Source of the DNA: Prevotella sp.
GTDB lineage: Bacteria > Bacteroidota > Bacteroidia > Bacteroidales > Bacteroidaceae
Direction of reading: 5' to 3'
Assembly (NCBI GenBank): GCA_045602085.1
Contig: JAZSAV010000039.1
Location: 36,118-100,117, forward strand
DNA: 64,000 nt
Positions 1 to 9,398 of this stretch are shown here, piece by piece. The notes under the pieces were generated by a model. The model ran no database searches and was not told where the DNA came from. It worked only from the letters and a program-made list of their open reading frames with translations. Both the position numbers and the translations under genes were made by a program. Every line of letters begins with the position of its first letter. The first letter of the stretch is position 1.

Positions 1-1580
1 TCCTGCTCTGCATTATTTAGCATTTGAATGTTTGGAAAAGAGTTAGCTAATGCAAAACGTATCTGTGCATATTGTTTTTTTGATATATTATGACTTAATA
101 CGAAATTCAGTCGTGGTGAAATCTGTGTTATCCTGTTTTCACCATGAAGCTTGTATTGTAATGATGAAACACCGGGTCTGAATGTTAAGGTTGTACTATT
201 CCCTATTTGTTGTTTGTATAATGCTAGCAATATACTTTCTCCTGTCCAAAGATGTTGCCAAAGTCTTTTTTCTCCAGCATATGTGACGGAACTGACTTTA
301 TGAAAATGATGTAATTGGAATGCAATAGAACTCCTTTTCTTTAATTGTATTATGTAATTGATATTTGCAGATAGTTCATATAGGTTTTCTTTAGTATCCA
401 TCAATGTCGTATTGCTGTTTTCTTCATAAGTGCGTAAATATTCGTTAGTCGTATAGCTATTATTTAATGTCATCTTGATATTTTGCTTAGAGCTTATTTT
501 GAATTCACTATTTAAGTTAAGGGAAATTTTTGAAGCATCCTTCTCTATTATAGTTTGAGATGAATCCAATATGTTGTAAAGTTCACTATAGTTAAGTAAA
601 CTATTTGTTTTATTATTAAGTGCGCTATGTTCTAATATCAATTTTGCTTTTAAAATTCTTCTTTTATTATTGCTTGAGGCTGCAAACTGAAAATATTGGT
701 CGTTTTTCCTTGTCTCTTCATTTTTTGATTCTTTCTGTCGATGTAAATTGTAATCTGGGAAATAGAAAATTTCATTGCTATAATTGTTGTTTTTGTCGTG
801 TTCTTGAGTACTAAGTCCTGCGAATACATTGTAGTTTGTGCCTTCTTTGGCCAATTTCGTTGCAAAATTGTAGTCATAGTTAAGATAGCCCATTTTGTTA
901 GCTCCATCGAAAGATAAGTATCCACCTGATTTAAAAGTAACAAAATTAATAACAATCTCTTCTCCTATATATTTACCGTTTGGTACATCAATATACTCTA
1001 CCTTTTTAATTTCATGTGGTGACAAGTTTCTTACTTCGCGAAAATCTGCTTCTATCCCGTCAATAAATAGTGTGACATTGCACCCATAGTTTGAAATCTT
1101 TCCCGTAGATTTGTCAATATTCAATCCAGGAATCATCATATTGTACAGCAAATCATACCCATTTTGAGAATGTTTCTTATGTTCAGAGAGAGGGTGAATA
1201 ATAGTTCTGTCTGCCAAGCGGACGGTATTGCTTCCTACTACATATATTTCGTTTATGTTATTTATGTTTGATTTTAACGTAGCTGTAGGTAATACAGTAT
1301 TATTTTGTTTTACTGTAATTATTGTATCTTTGTTGATATATCCAATACAACTAAACTTGATAAGATAGTCCCCATTCTTGATATTCGCGAATTGGTAATT
1401 ACCAACACTATCAGTTTTTATACCTTGAATAAAGGTAGAGTCATTGAGGAATAATTTGACTGTTGCTAAAGGTATGGTTTGGCCATTTGAGTCCACCACT
1501 TTACCCTTTAAAATATTGTTTTTAGCGTAAATGTCAGAAATAAAAAGAATACATGTAAATATTAGAAAAATATGTTTCAT
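1..1580 (-). CDS. Outer-membrane beta-barrel/TonB-dependent-receptor-like protein with N-terminal carboxypeptidase-regulatory-like domain (runs off the left edge)
   Basis: Not in the ORF track. Manual translation from ATG 1580 gives MKHIFLIFTCILFISDIYAKNNILKGKVVDSNGQTIPLATVKLF...GIKTDSVGNYQF...YLIKFSCIGY, then a plug-like segment (NGYDLLYNMMIPGL...VEYIDVPNGKY). Frame was open in the segments checked. Confidence 0.75.
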   Translation of the reverse strand, partial: MKHIFLIFTCILFISDIYAKNNILKGKVVDSNGQTIPLATVKLFLNDSTFIQGIKTDSVGNYQFANIKNGDYLIKFSCIGYINKDTIITVKQNNTVLPTATLKSNINNINEIYVVGSNTVRLADRTIIHPLSEHKKHSQNGYDLLYNMMIPGLNIDKSTGKISNYGCNVTLFIDGIEADFREVRNLSPHEIKKVEYIDVPNGKYIGEEIVINFVTFKSGGYLSFDGANKMGYLNYDYNFATKLAKEGTNYNVFAGLSTQEHDKNNNYSNEIFYFPDYNLHRQKESKNEETRKNDQYFQFAASSNNKRRILKAKLILEHSALNNKTNSLLNYSELYNILDSSQTIIEKDASKISLNLNSEFKISSKQNIKMTLNNSYTTNEYLRTYEENSNTTLMDTKENLYELSANINYIIQLKKRSSIAFQLHHFHKVSSVTYAGEKRLWQHLWTGESILLALYKQQIGNSTTLTFRPGVSSLQYKLHGENRITQISPRLNFVLSHNISKKQYAQIRFALANSFPNIQMLNNAEQ

Positions 1581-1649
1581 ACCGAGTAAGTTTGTATTGT
1601 TTTAAAAGTGAGTAAATTTTATGTTTACTCACCTTTAAGGAATTGACTG

Positions 1650-1844
1650 TTAGACGGAGAACTCTGTACAAGTGAAGCATATGGTTAGGGTACATGCTAA
1701 ACTATCTAAATTGGATTGACTGAATAAATCAGCCATTTCACCCCCTAATAACGGATCCGTTTCTAATCTTTCTTCTAACTGCTGAATTGTAAACTCTGTT
1801 GTTAAATCCTCGTTTAGAGGAATCATACTCTTCTTTTTAGTCAT
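1650..1844 (-). CDS. Putative RiPP precursor peptide (64 aa)
   Basis: Starts 12 bp after the radical SAM stop; acidic leader (QQLEERLETDPLLGG) and C-terminal CTLTICFTC. Confidence 0.75.
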   Translation of the reverse strand: MTKKKSMIPLNEDLTTEFTIQQLEERLETDPLLGGEMADLFSQSNLDSLACTLTICFTCTEFSV

Positions 1845-1856
1845 CTCTTTAAAATT

Positions 1857-3242
1857 TTAATTAATACTATTTGAAACTAACTCGGAATAAATTTTCTGAC
1901 AGATATACTTTAAACGTAAACCATAATCATCACATATTGATTCTTGATTTCTTGACATTGCTTTAGCGTAACAACCTCCTCCACACAAAAATGCATATTT
2001 GCATTTAATGCATTTTTGTATATCCGTTATGTTTTTATTGAACCACTCATCTTTTTTCTTTGTCCAATTTAGTTTTGGTGAGTAAGTTCCAATGGCATTA
2101 TTTTGTTTTCCTACCATTTCAAGACAAGAAAAGATTCTACCATAAGGATCAAAAACGTAGGAATTACCATGCGCTACACAATGTATAGGAGAAAGTAACA
2201 ATCCTTTTTTATTTGTTAATGCAAATGAAATCTTTGAATACAAATTTGCTTCGAACTTAATTTTATTATTTGTGAGTTTCATTGCATCTAAAAAGTGTTT
2301 CCGAGACATATGTTTGCTTTTCAATGAATAATTATATTCAATCGGGTTAAAATTGCAATTACCAGAAATGTATTCTGCATAAACAGAGAAATTTTTCATA
2401 GAATAAAAGCCGTTATCTGTAAAATAATCATTCAATTCATGTAATGCCTCAATATTTTGAGAATCAACATTTATTCTTACTTGAATAGCGACATTTTTAT
2501 ATAGGGCTAATTTGATATTGTTGACTATCTTTTCAAAAGATTTGCCGTAAACAGCATGAATTCTTCTTGTATCATGTATGTGTTTGGGACCATCTATTGT
2601 TATTTGTATTCCTTTTAACTTATCTGGTGATAATAAATCTTCATAAGTGTCAATATCGTAACCATTACTTGTTGCAATGAATGTGAAACCATATTCTCTG
2701 CCTTTATTGATTATATATGTAACTATTTCTTTATTATCTTTGAGTAAAGGTTCACCTCCGAATAGTTGAATGCAATGATTGTGTAATTGGCTATTAGGTT
2801 CCAGTACTTTTATTGTTTCAAAAATTAAATCAACATATTCTTTTGTTATAGCTCTATTATTCTGTAATGATATGGTATCAATATTATCTTTTTCGAAGCA
2901 ATATGGGCATTTAAAATTACAATTATAGGTAACTAATATTGTAAATGATTTTTGCCACATATATTTATTCCTTTTTTGAAGGACTCGTACTATTCTTTTT
3001 GCATATTCCACCTCATCTTCTTCGCTCCACTTCGTAATGTAGCCTCTTTTTTCCAATGCCTCCATTGTTGTTTTAGAACATGGAATCTCTTCTTTGGAGA
3101 AATGTTTATGGTTTTGCAGGTACTCCGCAATATCTTTGCTGAGCACATCTATAGCCCCGGTATAGCCATGCATCATAAATACATTGTCAGGCTCGCTTTC
3201 GAGTGGCACAACGATTGAATATGATGAAAAACGATAATCCAT
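1857..3242 (-). CDS. Radical SAM/SPASM peptide maturase
   Basis: CNFKCPYC (CxxxCxxC), FGGEPLL, SPASM-type cysteines (C...C...CIKCKYAFLCGGGC...C); RRE-like N-terminal ~90 aa. Likely start is ATG 3242 (MDYRFSSY). Confidence 0.9.
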   Translation of the reverse strand: MDYRFSSYSIVVPLESEPDNVFMMHGYTGAIDVLSKDIAEYLQNHKHFSKEEIPCSKTTMEALEKRGYITKWSEEDEVEYAKRIVRVLQKRNKYMWQKSFTILVTYNCNFKCPYCFEKDNIDTISLQNNRAITKEYVDLIFETIKVLEPNSQLHNHCIQLFGGEPLLKDNKEIVTYIINKGREYGFTFIATSNGYDIDTYEDLLSPDKLKGIQITIDGPKHIHDTRRIHAVYGKSFEKIVNNIKLALYKNVAIQVRINVDSQNIEALHELNDYFTDNGFYSMKNFSVYAEYISGNCNFNPIEYNYSLKSKHMSRKHFLDAMKLTNNKIKFEANLYSKISFALTNKKGLLLSPIHCVAHGNSYVFDPYGRIFSCLEMVGKQNNAIGTYSPKLNWTKKKDEWFNKNITDIQKCIKCKYAFLCGGGCYAKAMSRNQESICDDYGLRLKYICQKIYSELVSNSIN

Positions 3243-3268
3243 AATCAGAATATATTGATGTCGTTCAT

Positions 3269-3646
3269 TTATATGATTGTCACAACCCCATAATAGCAAG
3301 TATTACCATTGATAATTCTCAGTTCATATTCGCCTGAAAGATTGTTTGGTAATACCAGCTCGTTTGTTCCCATAGGAATAACCACTTCATAACAGATATT
3401 TTCTGCTGCATCTACAATCTGCAATGTGTATCCATCACATGGAGTGGCAAAGTAAAGTATGTTGCCATTTAAATAGATGGTTGGGATGATTTCTGGAGTA
3501 CGAGGCTGTGGGTCTAAAATATCTTTTAAAGGTACATCACCAACATGAAGTTTTATCTGCTCGCCAACAAAATCCTGTTCTCCATTTGCAAATGACATCA
3601 TCGACATCATTAGCATGATTGCTGTAATAAATGTTTTCATCTTCAT
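3269..3646 (-). CDS. Small secreted DUF3244-like Ig-fold protein
   Basis: Signal peptide, PRTP motif, C-terminal GEYELRI...YYG typical of the Bacteroidota family. Confidence 0.65.
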   Translation of the reverse strand: MKMKTFITAIMLMMSMMSFANGEQDFVGEQIKLHVGDVPLKDILDPQPRTPEIIPTIYLNGNILYFATPCDGYTLQIVDAAENICYEVVIPMGTNELVLPNNLSGEYELRIINGNTCYYGVVTII

Positions 3647-3670
3647 AATTTATAGTTTTATTTACGTTGG

Positions 3671-3795
3671 CAAAATTATGAAAAGGAAATATAATAACAA
3701 AAAAAAGTGCGTACACTTTGTACACACCTAATTGGGGGTAAAAATAAGCTACTGTATTACAGGAGGATACGCTGGTAGTACATTTTGTACACACC
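3671..3795 (-). promoter_or_regulatory. TAnnTTTG promoter element plus two TTTGTACACACC direct repeats
   Basis: TAATTTTG on the minus strand near 3671-3678; 12-bp repeat at 3717-3728 and 3784-3795. Confidence 0.5.
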
Positions 3796-3803
3796 CAAAA
3801 GTT

Positions 3804-5423
3804 TTAAAGATTCTGCATGTTCTTGTTTAGTGAACCAGCTCCTTTCTCACCGAAAAGTTTCTGATTTGCGGTGCTTCTAATGTTTGTTACTCTCTGTTTC
3901 GTTAGAGAAAGCAGAACACCAATCATGGATGAGGAATAGCCCATTTTTGATAATAGGCAAACATGTATTTCTCTTTGTGTCAATTCTGGATTATTGTTCA
4001 TTAAGCGTTCACAGAAAGAAGGCATATACTTTTCCATCGCTTCGATGAAATCGTTTAATTCTTCATCTGATATTCTTTTGCCTGTTGTTGCAAGGACATC
4101 AAGATGCTGCATAATAGGACTTTCATATAATGCTCGTGAACAGTCCCATTTCTCTGTAGAGGTATTGTCGCCAAGAATAGATAATGATAATTTGAGTTCA
4201 GCCAATTCGGCTTCTTTAGTTTCTATATATTTATTATGGTCTCTCCTAAGTAACTTTAGGTCGAATGCCGTTTCTTTGTATTTGTTTAAAGTGTCCTTGT
4301 ATATGGCTTCTGCTTTGTTTATTCTTTTCTTTTGCCTAATAATATATAATGTAATGATAAAGGCAAGTGAGCAACCCAAAAGACAGAACAAGAGCATGGA
4401 GTTTCTATATCGTTCTGCTTCTTGCTCTTTTATTTTTGCCTGTCGTCTGCTCGCATTATAGTTGTAAAGCGCGTTGGCTCTATTTATCTCTTCTGCTGAA
4501 CTGATTAGGCAAGCAGAGTCGTTGGCATTGGCAAAGAGCAGAGAGTATTTCATAACGGAGTCTGGTTTGCCGAGTTTGTGGTAAACTTCCATCAGACCCT
4601 TATAGGCATTTTCATAATATACAGATTTATTGCTATTATTGAGAAATTTTTTATAGAAATAAAGTGCAGAATCTACCTTATTGATGCCATTGTAATATTT
4701 TGCCTTATAATAATAGAATAATATTCTTTTTTTAGAGGTGTTTACAGAATCGTCAAACAAATTCATTTTAGTTTCAAACAAATCTATCAAAGGCTTGGCT
4801 CTGTCATATTGTCCATTGTTTAAATATGTTGCAAAAAGGGAAGGCAAAACGGCATACGCCTGTTTTTCATGACCTAATTTCATATGAATATTATATGATT
4901 CTTGTCCTATATGCAATACGGAATCATAACGACCTGTTAAATCGTATATAGATGCTAAATGTGAATAGAAGTTAAGTATGGCAAGTGTGTCATTGCATTT
5001 CATTGCTATATGAAGAGCATTTAAATTTGCTTCTTTTGCAAACTTTGGTGATCGCTGATAGTAAAACAAATCTGCCATCTGTCCATAAATCCTACTCAGT
5101 CGTTGGAAGTCGCAATCGGCATCGGTGGTGTCTGCCTTGCTTACGGCATCGTGGTAGCACTCAAGGGCACGAGGGGCATCGCCAAGGTCGCGATAGACGC
5201 AGCCGAGGAGATAGTGGGCGAGCATCTGCTCGTTGGCAGTGCCGTGGCTGTCGTAGTAATCGACAACGCGCAGCATGGTGCTGTCGGTGGTGAACGGTTC
5301 GAAGTTCTCGTTCTGTGCTTTTGCCTGCATCAGGGCTTCGTGCATCTGCCTGCTGTCTTCGCCTGTGCAAGCGAAGAATGTGAGCAAGGCAAAAAGTATA
5401 ACCAATATATTTCTCGTAAACAT
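3804..5423 (-). CDS. TPR-repeat lipoprotein-like sensor with transmembrane helix and C-terminal LuxR-type HTH
   Basis: Lipobox-like FFAC, TPR-like helices, TM segment MLLFCLLGCSLAFIITLYII, LTQREIHVCLL...RVTNIR HTH. Likely start 5423. Confidence 0.75.
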   Translation of the reverse strand: MFTRNILVILFALLTFFACTGEDSRQMHEALMQAKAQNENFEPFTTDSTMLRVVDYYDSHGTANEQMLAHYLLGCVYRDLGDAPRALECYHDAVSKADTTDADCDFQRLSRIYGQMADLFYYQRSPKFAKEANLNALHIAMKCNDTLAILNFYSHLASIYDLTGRYDSVLHIGQESYNIHMKLGHEKQAYAVLPSLFATYLNNGQYDRAKPLIDLFETKMNLFDDSVNTSKKRILFYYYKAKYYNGINKVDSALYFYKKFLNNSNKSVYYENAYKGLMEVYHKLGKPDSVMKYSLLFANANDSACLISSAEEINRANALYNYNASRRQAKIKEQEAERYRNSMLLFCLLGCSLAFIITLYIIRQKKRINKAEAIYKDTLNKYKETAFDLKLLRRDHNKYIETKEAELAELKLSLSILGDNTSTEKWDCSRALYESPIMQHLDVLATTGKRISDEELNDFIEAMEKYMPSFCERLMNNNPELTQREIHVCLLSKMGYSSSMIGVLLSLTKQRVTNIRSTANQKLFGEKGAGSLNKNMQNL

Positions 5424-5602
5424 CTTTATATGATAACTGGTCTTTAGTCTATGCAAAGGTACAATATAATTTTGATTATGCGAAAAATAGTCTTGTTAAA
5501 CTTGTCTGGTTGTTAACTAGCGTTAAATGCAAGGCGCTTTGGACGTTAATAGTTTGATTTGTTTTTGTCAAATATAAAACCTGTTTGCCATAGCCGAAAA
5601 GA

Positions 5603-5699
5603 GAGAAATGCCAGATCTCGGGGCGAGAAGTGCCAGATCTCTCATCGAGAAGTGCCAGTTCTCTGAACGAGAAGTGCCAGTTCGTTAAATTGGCACTTC
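5603..5699 (+). repeat. Four 22-bp tandem repeats plus an inverted half-copy
   Basis: GAGAAGTGCCAG(A/T)TC core at 5603, 5625, 5647, 5669; TGGCACTTC at 5691-5699. Confidence 0.9.
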
Positions 5700-5994
5700 C
5701 TGACAATATGCGCAAGAATACAGATTCTTTTAGCAGTTTTTAAGTTTATTGTGTGAAAATTTGTATATCTAAATTTTAAATGTTACTTTTGCAATGAGAC
5801 AATTAATCCAGATCATTACGCGTTCTGAACTTCAAAGAGAATATATTCTCACCGCCTCGCCTCTAACACCATTCGCATTACACCAAGGACCATTTTTCGG
5901 GTGAGTGTGGGTAAGTCTCGGACAGACAAGATGTCTAAGGAAGTTCGTTGCATAGGATATTAGCAAACGTATAAACTTATAATATCTTGATGTT

Positions 5995-7464
5995 ATGAAC
6001 AGTAATGGATTTTTTAGTTTTGTGCCTAAGGAACCGCTTGGTAGGAGCGAGTTCGGCAAGATGTGTAATAGTCTTTCTGAGTTTGTCAAAATCATTTTCG
6101 AACTTTTTGAATGGTTTGGGGCAAACGAGGAAGACGAGCGTGTTTGTACATTGCAGTATCTGGGCTATAAACTTTACCGTGCCTTGGATATGGCAAAGAA
6201 ACTCTATGATGAGCGAGGCATGCTGCTTCGTGATGAGCATTGTACTGATTTTGAGTCTTACCTGAAAGAGCTTGACGGGAAGGTGAGGAAAATAAACAGG
6301 TTTATTGGTGAAGCCGATGAACTGCTTGCCCATGCCTTTAAGGACAACTCGCCGCTTCTGGACTTTGGCAAGAGGCGGCTTATCTCAAAATTCAAAGTGC
6401 ATACGGCGTGGACAAAAGAACTTTTTGCTTCTGAACAGCTGCAGGCTTTGGCATCAGAAAAGTGCGAGTGTCTGAATCTGCGCTACGACATTAATGGGCT
6501 GAGAGACATAAATGATGATTTCAGACGCCAGACATATTCGTTGCTTGATGTAATGATTCTTTTTTCTATACCGTCGCATGTTTTTGCAGCAAGACAGGAT
6601 TTTGCTGCTTTGATGCAGAACACTATTGCTGCTTTTAAGAATAGCGAAAAGTGGAAAGAATACCGTATGTGCTTTTCTGTTCAGCTTGACGAAGAGTTCA
6701 GGGCAAGTGATTTGGCAGACGAAAAAGAGTGGGAGTTTCTTAAAAACAAGTATAACGAACTGTCGGCAAAGCGTAAGGATTTTCTTTCGGTGTATGGCAT
6801 TATGCCAATAAGTCTGTCAACAGAAATGGGCATGGCCACAATGGGCATGCACCTTTACGAACGCCTCAATGGCATTTGCCTGTCGGGCGAGGATGAAAAG
6901 CCTCACAAGAAAATGAGCGATGCAGCCCTCTGTAATTATCTGATGATGGAGGCCTCCTTGCAGCTGCTTTCAGGCAAGATAGAAATACTACGGCCAAAGA
7001 AATGCGACCAATGTAATGAAGCCAAGCGTTTCGGAGCATTTGCAAATGGTGTGGACGAGGGGCAGTTGGCTGTGGCCATAAATGATGTTTATCAGTGTTT
7101 CTTCGGTAATAACAAAACAGCAAGCTTTACAACAAAATACGCCAAAGAAATAGATTTGATGGCATATCTGTTTATAACGCTGGACAAGCTGAATATCGGG
7201 AACCATAATTTTGCAGAAAGAGGCAGGAAGACATTCTATGATTTCTGCATAAAAAAGGCTGGCATAAAAACAGACAGCACTGACAGGACATTCTATAATA
7301 GGCTGACCCGAAATTTTAATATGGTGCATAAGAACATAAAAAACAAGTGTCTGGTAATGTCTGACCGTAATAATCCTGTCTTTAGAGATTTCCAAACCGT
7401 CAGCAGAAAGTTTCAAGAAACAAAATTTTATAAGGAATTTTCTTCAAGCCAAAGACAGGGGTAA
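5995..7464 (+). CDS. Hypothetical protein (489 aa)
   Basis: Long ORF; no motif recognised. Confidence 0.7.
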   Translation: MNSNGFFSFVPKEPLGRSEFGKMCNSLSEFVKIIFELFEWFGANEEDERVCTLQYLGYKLYRALDMAKKLYDERGMLLRDEHCTDFESYLKELDGKVRKINRFIGEADELLAHAFKDNSPLLDFGKRRLISKFKVHTAWTKELFASEQLQALASEKCECLNLRYDINGLRDINDDFRRQTYSLLDVMILFSIPSHVFAARQDFAALMQNTIAAFKNSEKWKEYRMCFSVQLDEEFRASDLADEKEWEFLKNKYNELSAKRKDFLSVYGIMPISLSTEMGMATMGMHLYERLNGICLSGEDEKPHKKMSDAALCNYLMMEASLQLLSGKIEILRPKKCDQCNEAKRFGAFANGVDEGQLAVAINDVYQCFFGNNKTASFTTKYAKEIDLMAYLFITLDKLNIGNHNFAERGRKTFYDFCIKKAGIKTDSTDRTFYNRLTRNFNMVHKNIKNKCLVMSDRNNPVFRDFQTVSRKFQETKFYKEFSSSQRQG

Positions 7465-7510
7465 TGGTGAATGTCAGAGGTGCTGTAATAATGGAAATGT
7501 TAGCCTATTC

Positions 7511-7553
7511 ACAGGGGAGAACCGAACGCATGAGTACGGTTCTCCCTTGTTTT
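7511..7553 (+). terminator. Intrinsic terminator
   Basis: ACAGGGGAGAACCG...CGGTTCTCCCTTGT hairpin followed by T-run. Confidence 0.75.
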
Positions 7554-7716
7554 TCCACGCAGAAATGATAAATTTCCACTCACTTGATTTCCTTTCTCTT
7601 TGTTGCTAACTTTGCCTCAGTCAATCACGAAAAGTGTTGGCGGCTTGCAAGCAAACGCTGCGACGGCAGCAATGTGAGAACAAAAAACATTGTTAAATTA
7701 AAAAAATCAATTTATT

Positions 7717-8160
7717 ATGGCAAAGTTACTAACAAGAAAGTATCAAAGCACAAATCAGAAGTCAACAACATTCGGTAAGTGGTATGGTCGTATTGTACAC
7801 ACGGAAACACTTTCAACCGAGCAGTTCGTTAACCACATCTGCAGTCATGGTTCGCCATTTGACCGTGCTACAATAACGGGAGTGCTTGTAGCAGCATGCG
7901 ACTGCCTGGTAGAACTGGTGCTCGACTCAAAGAAGGTGCGTCTGGGAGATTTGGGAACATTCTACCTCAGTGCCGAAACAGAACCAGGCGACAGTGCGGA
8001 GGAGTTTACCGACGACAACGTGAAGAAGGTACACTTGCGTTTTCTGCCTAATTTGAAGCAGAGCTATCCGCTTGATTCTGTGTCTATGAGAGGCAAGGCT
8101 TCGTTTGCTGACCTGAATTCACTTGCTGGAAAAACAGAGAGTTCTGCATCGGGAGAATAG
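7717..8160 (+). CDS. HU-related DNA-binding protein (Bacteroidota type)
   Basis: LVLDSKKVRLGDLGTFYLS...VHLRFLP; TAACTTTG promoter motif upstream. Confidence 0.85.
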   Translation: MAKLLTRKYQSTNQKSTTFGKWYGRIVHTETLSTEQFVNHICSHGSPFDRATITGVLVAACDCLVELVLDSKKVRLGDLGTFYLSAETEPGDSAEEFTDDNVKKVHLRFLPNLKQSYPLDSVSMRGKASFADLNSLAGKTESSASGE

Positions 8161-8170
8161 TCAATTTATT

Positions 8171-8203
8171 ATCGGTTGCTGGCATCGGAGTGCCGGCAAC
8201 CGT
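8171..8203 (+). terminator. Hairpin after HU-like gene
   Basis: CGGTTGCTGGCA-TCGGAG-TGCCGGCAACCG. Confidence 0.6.
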
Positions 8204-8215
8204 TATTGCTAAATT

Positions 8216-8470
8216 ATGTTTGCGATGAAATCAAAGACCAAAGAAATGATACAATATTCCACGGCAACACTGATGGTTGTCTCAGGAGTGATTCTTACAT
8301 TCCTCTGCTTCTTCATGAAGGGCGATGTGACTAACGGCGTGTTGTGGTATGTGGCGCAGTCGCTAAGTTTTGCCGGAGGTGTGTTTGGCATAAGCATATA
8401 CTTCAGGGCGAAACTCGGTGAGTCTGAGGATAGGATAAGACAGTTTATTAACACAAAAATGGAAAAGTAA
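8216..8470 (+). CDS. Small two-TM membrane protein, holin-like
   Basis: 84 aa, two hydrophobic segments, charged tail, stop overlaps amidase start. Confidence 0.6.
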   Translation: MFAMKSKTKEMIQYSTATLMVVSGVILTFLCFFMKGDVTNGVLWYVAQSLSFAGGVFGISIYFRAKLGESEDRIRQFINTKMEK

Positions 8471-8886
8471 TGAGAACGATAACAGAAATAATAATACATT
8501 GTTCGGCAGTGAAACCAGAGCAGCAAAGCTCGGCTGCCGATATTGATGCTTGGCACCGGCGTAAGGGCTGGAGCATGATAGGCTATCATTTTGTAGTGAG
8601 ACGCAATGGTGATATAGAGGAGGGCAGAGCGGTGGAGAGAGTCGGTGCGCATTGCCGTTTTCATAATAACCATTCAATAGGAATATGCTACGAGGGAGGA
8701 CTTGACAAAGACGGTAAATCTGCCGATACTCGTACAATGGAACAGAAAACGGCACTGCGGAAGCTGGTTGTGTCTTTGAAACAATCATATCCAAAAGCAA
8801 TTGTGCTTGGCCACCATGATTTTAATCCTCTCAAAGCTTGTCCTTGTTTTAATGTTGTTAAAGAATATTCTGATTTGCAGCCATGA
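8470..8886 (+). CDS. N-acetylmuramoyl-L-alanine amidase (T7 lysozyme-like)
   Basis: IIIHCSA, IGYHFVV, GAHC, SIGICYEGG, GHHDF...KACPCF. Confidence 0.92.
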   Translation: MRTITEIIIHCSAVKPEQQSSAADIDAWHRRKGWSMIGYHFVVRRNGDIEEGRAVERVGAHCRFHNNHSIGICYEGGLDKDGKSADTRTMEQKTALRKLVVSLKQSYPKAIVLGHHDFNPLKACPCFNVVKEYSDLQP

Positions 8887-9347
8887 GAACAGTAACTACT
8901 ATTTATATGACGTGCCTTGTATTGCTGCTCGTCTGTTGCTCTTCGGCAAATAAACTTGAAAACATGCAAATGGAGAGTAATAAGATGGAGCACAATACGA
9001 TGGTGAGCACAATAACGGTCAGTGATTCGTTGTTGGCTTTTATGGAAATAGAGATGGACTCTGTGGAACTGATTTCTGCTTATGATTCTATTGGCGACGG
9101 CAGGTTGCTTATAGTCAAGGCGAGGAAGATAAGAAGCAAAAAGGCGGCACGGGCAACTCGCAATAGTTGTGTCGTGCATGCTGTTCGTGATTCCTCTCTC
9201 GAAGAAAGAAAATTATTGTCAGAAGTAACTGAGGGCACTGGCAAAGGGCGAGATAAGGAATGTCCGTGTTGGCTTCTGCTCATTATAGTTATGGTTGTAA
9301 TTTGCCTTTTATATAGGTTTAGAGGGCGTGGCGGTAAATGTTTATGA
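8883..9347 (+). CDS. Lipoprotein with C-terminal TM helix, unimolecular-spanin-like
   Basis: LLLVC-C lipobox and C-terminal WLLLIIVMVVICLLY. Confidence 0.5.
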   Translation: MRTVTTIYMTCLVLLLVCCSSANKLENMQMESNKMEHNTMVSTITVSDSLLAFMEIEMDSVELISAYDSIGDGRLLIVKARKIRSKKAARATRNSCVVHAVRDSSLEERKLLSEVTEGTGKGRDKECPCWLLLIIVMVVICLLYRFRGRGGKCL

Positions 9348-9398
9348 AAATAATTTATTACTTTTGTAATCAGATTCTAACAATAACTCAACTTGCAT

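Noticed and set aside
5794-5904. 36-codon ORF MRQLIQIITRSELQREY... after a promoter motif
   Set aside because: Too short, and similarity to small DNA-binding proteins is too weak to support
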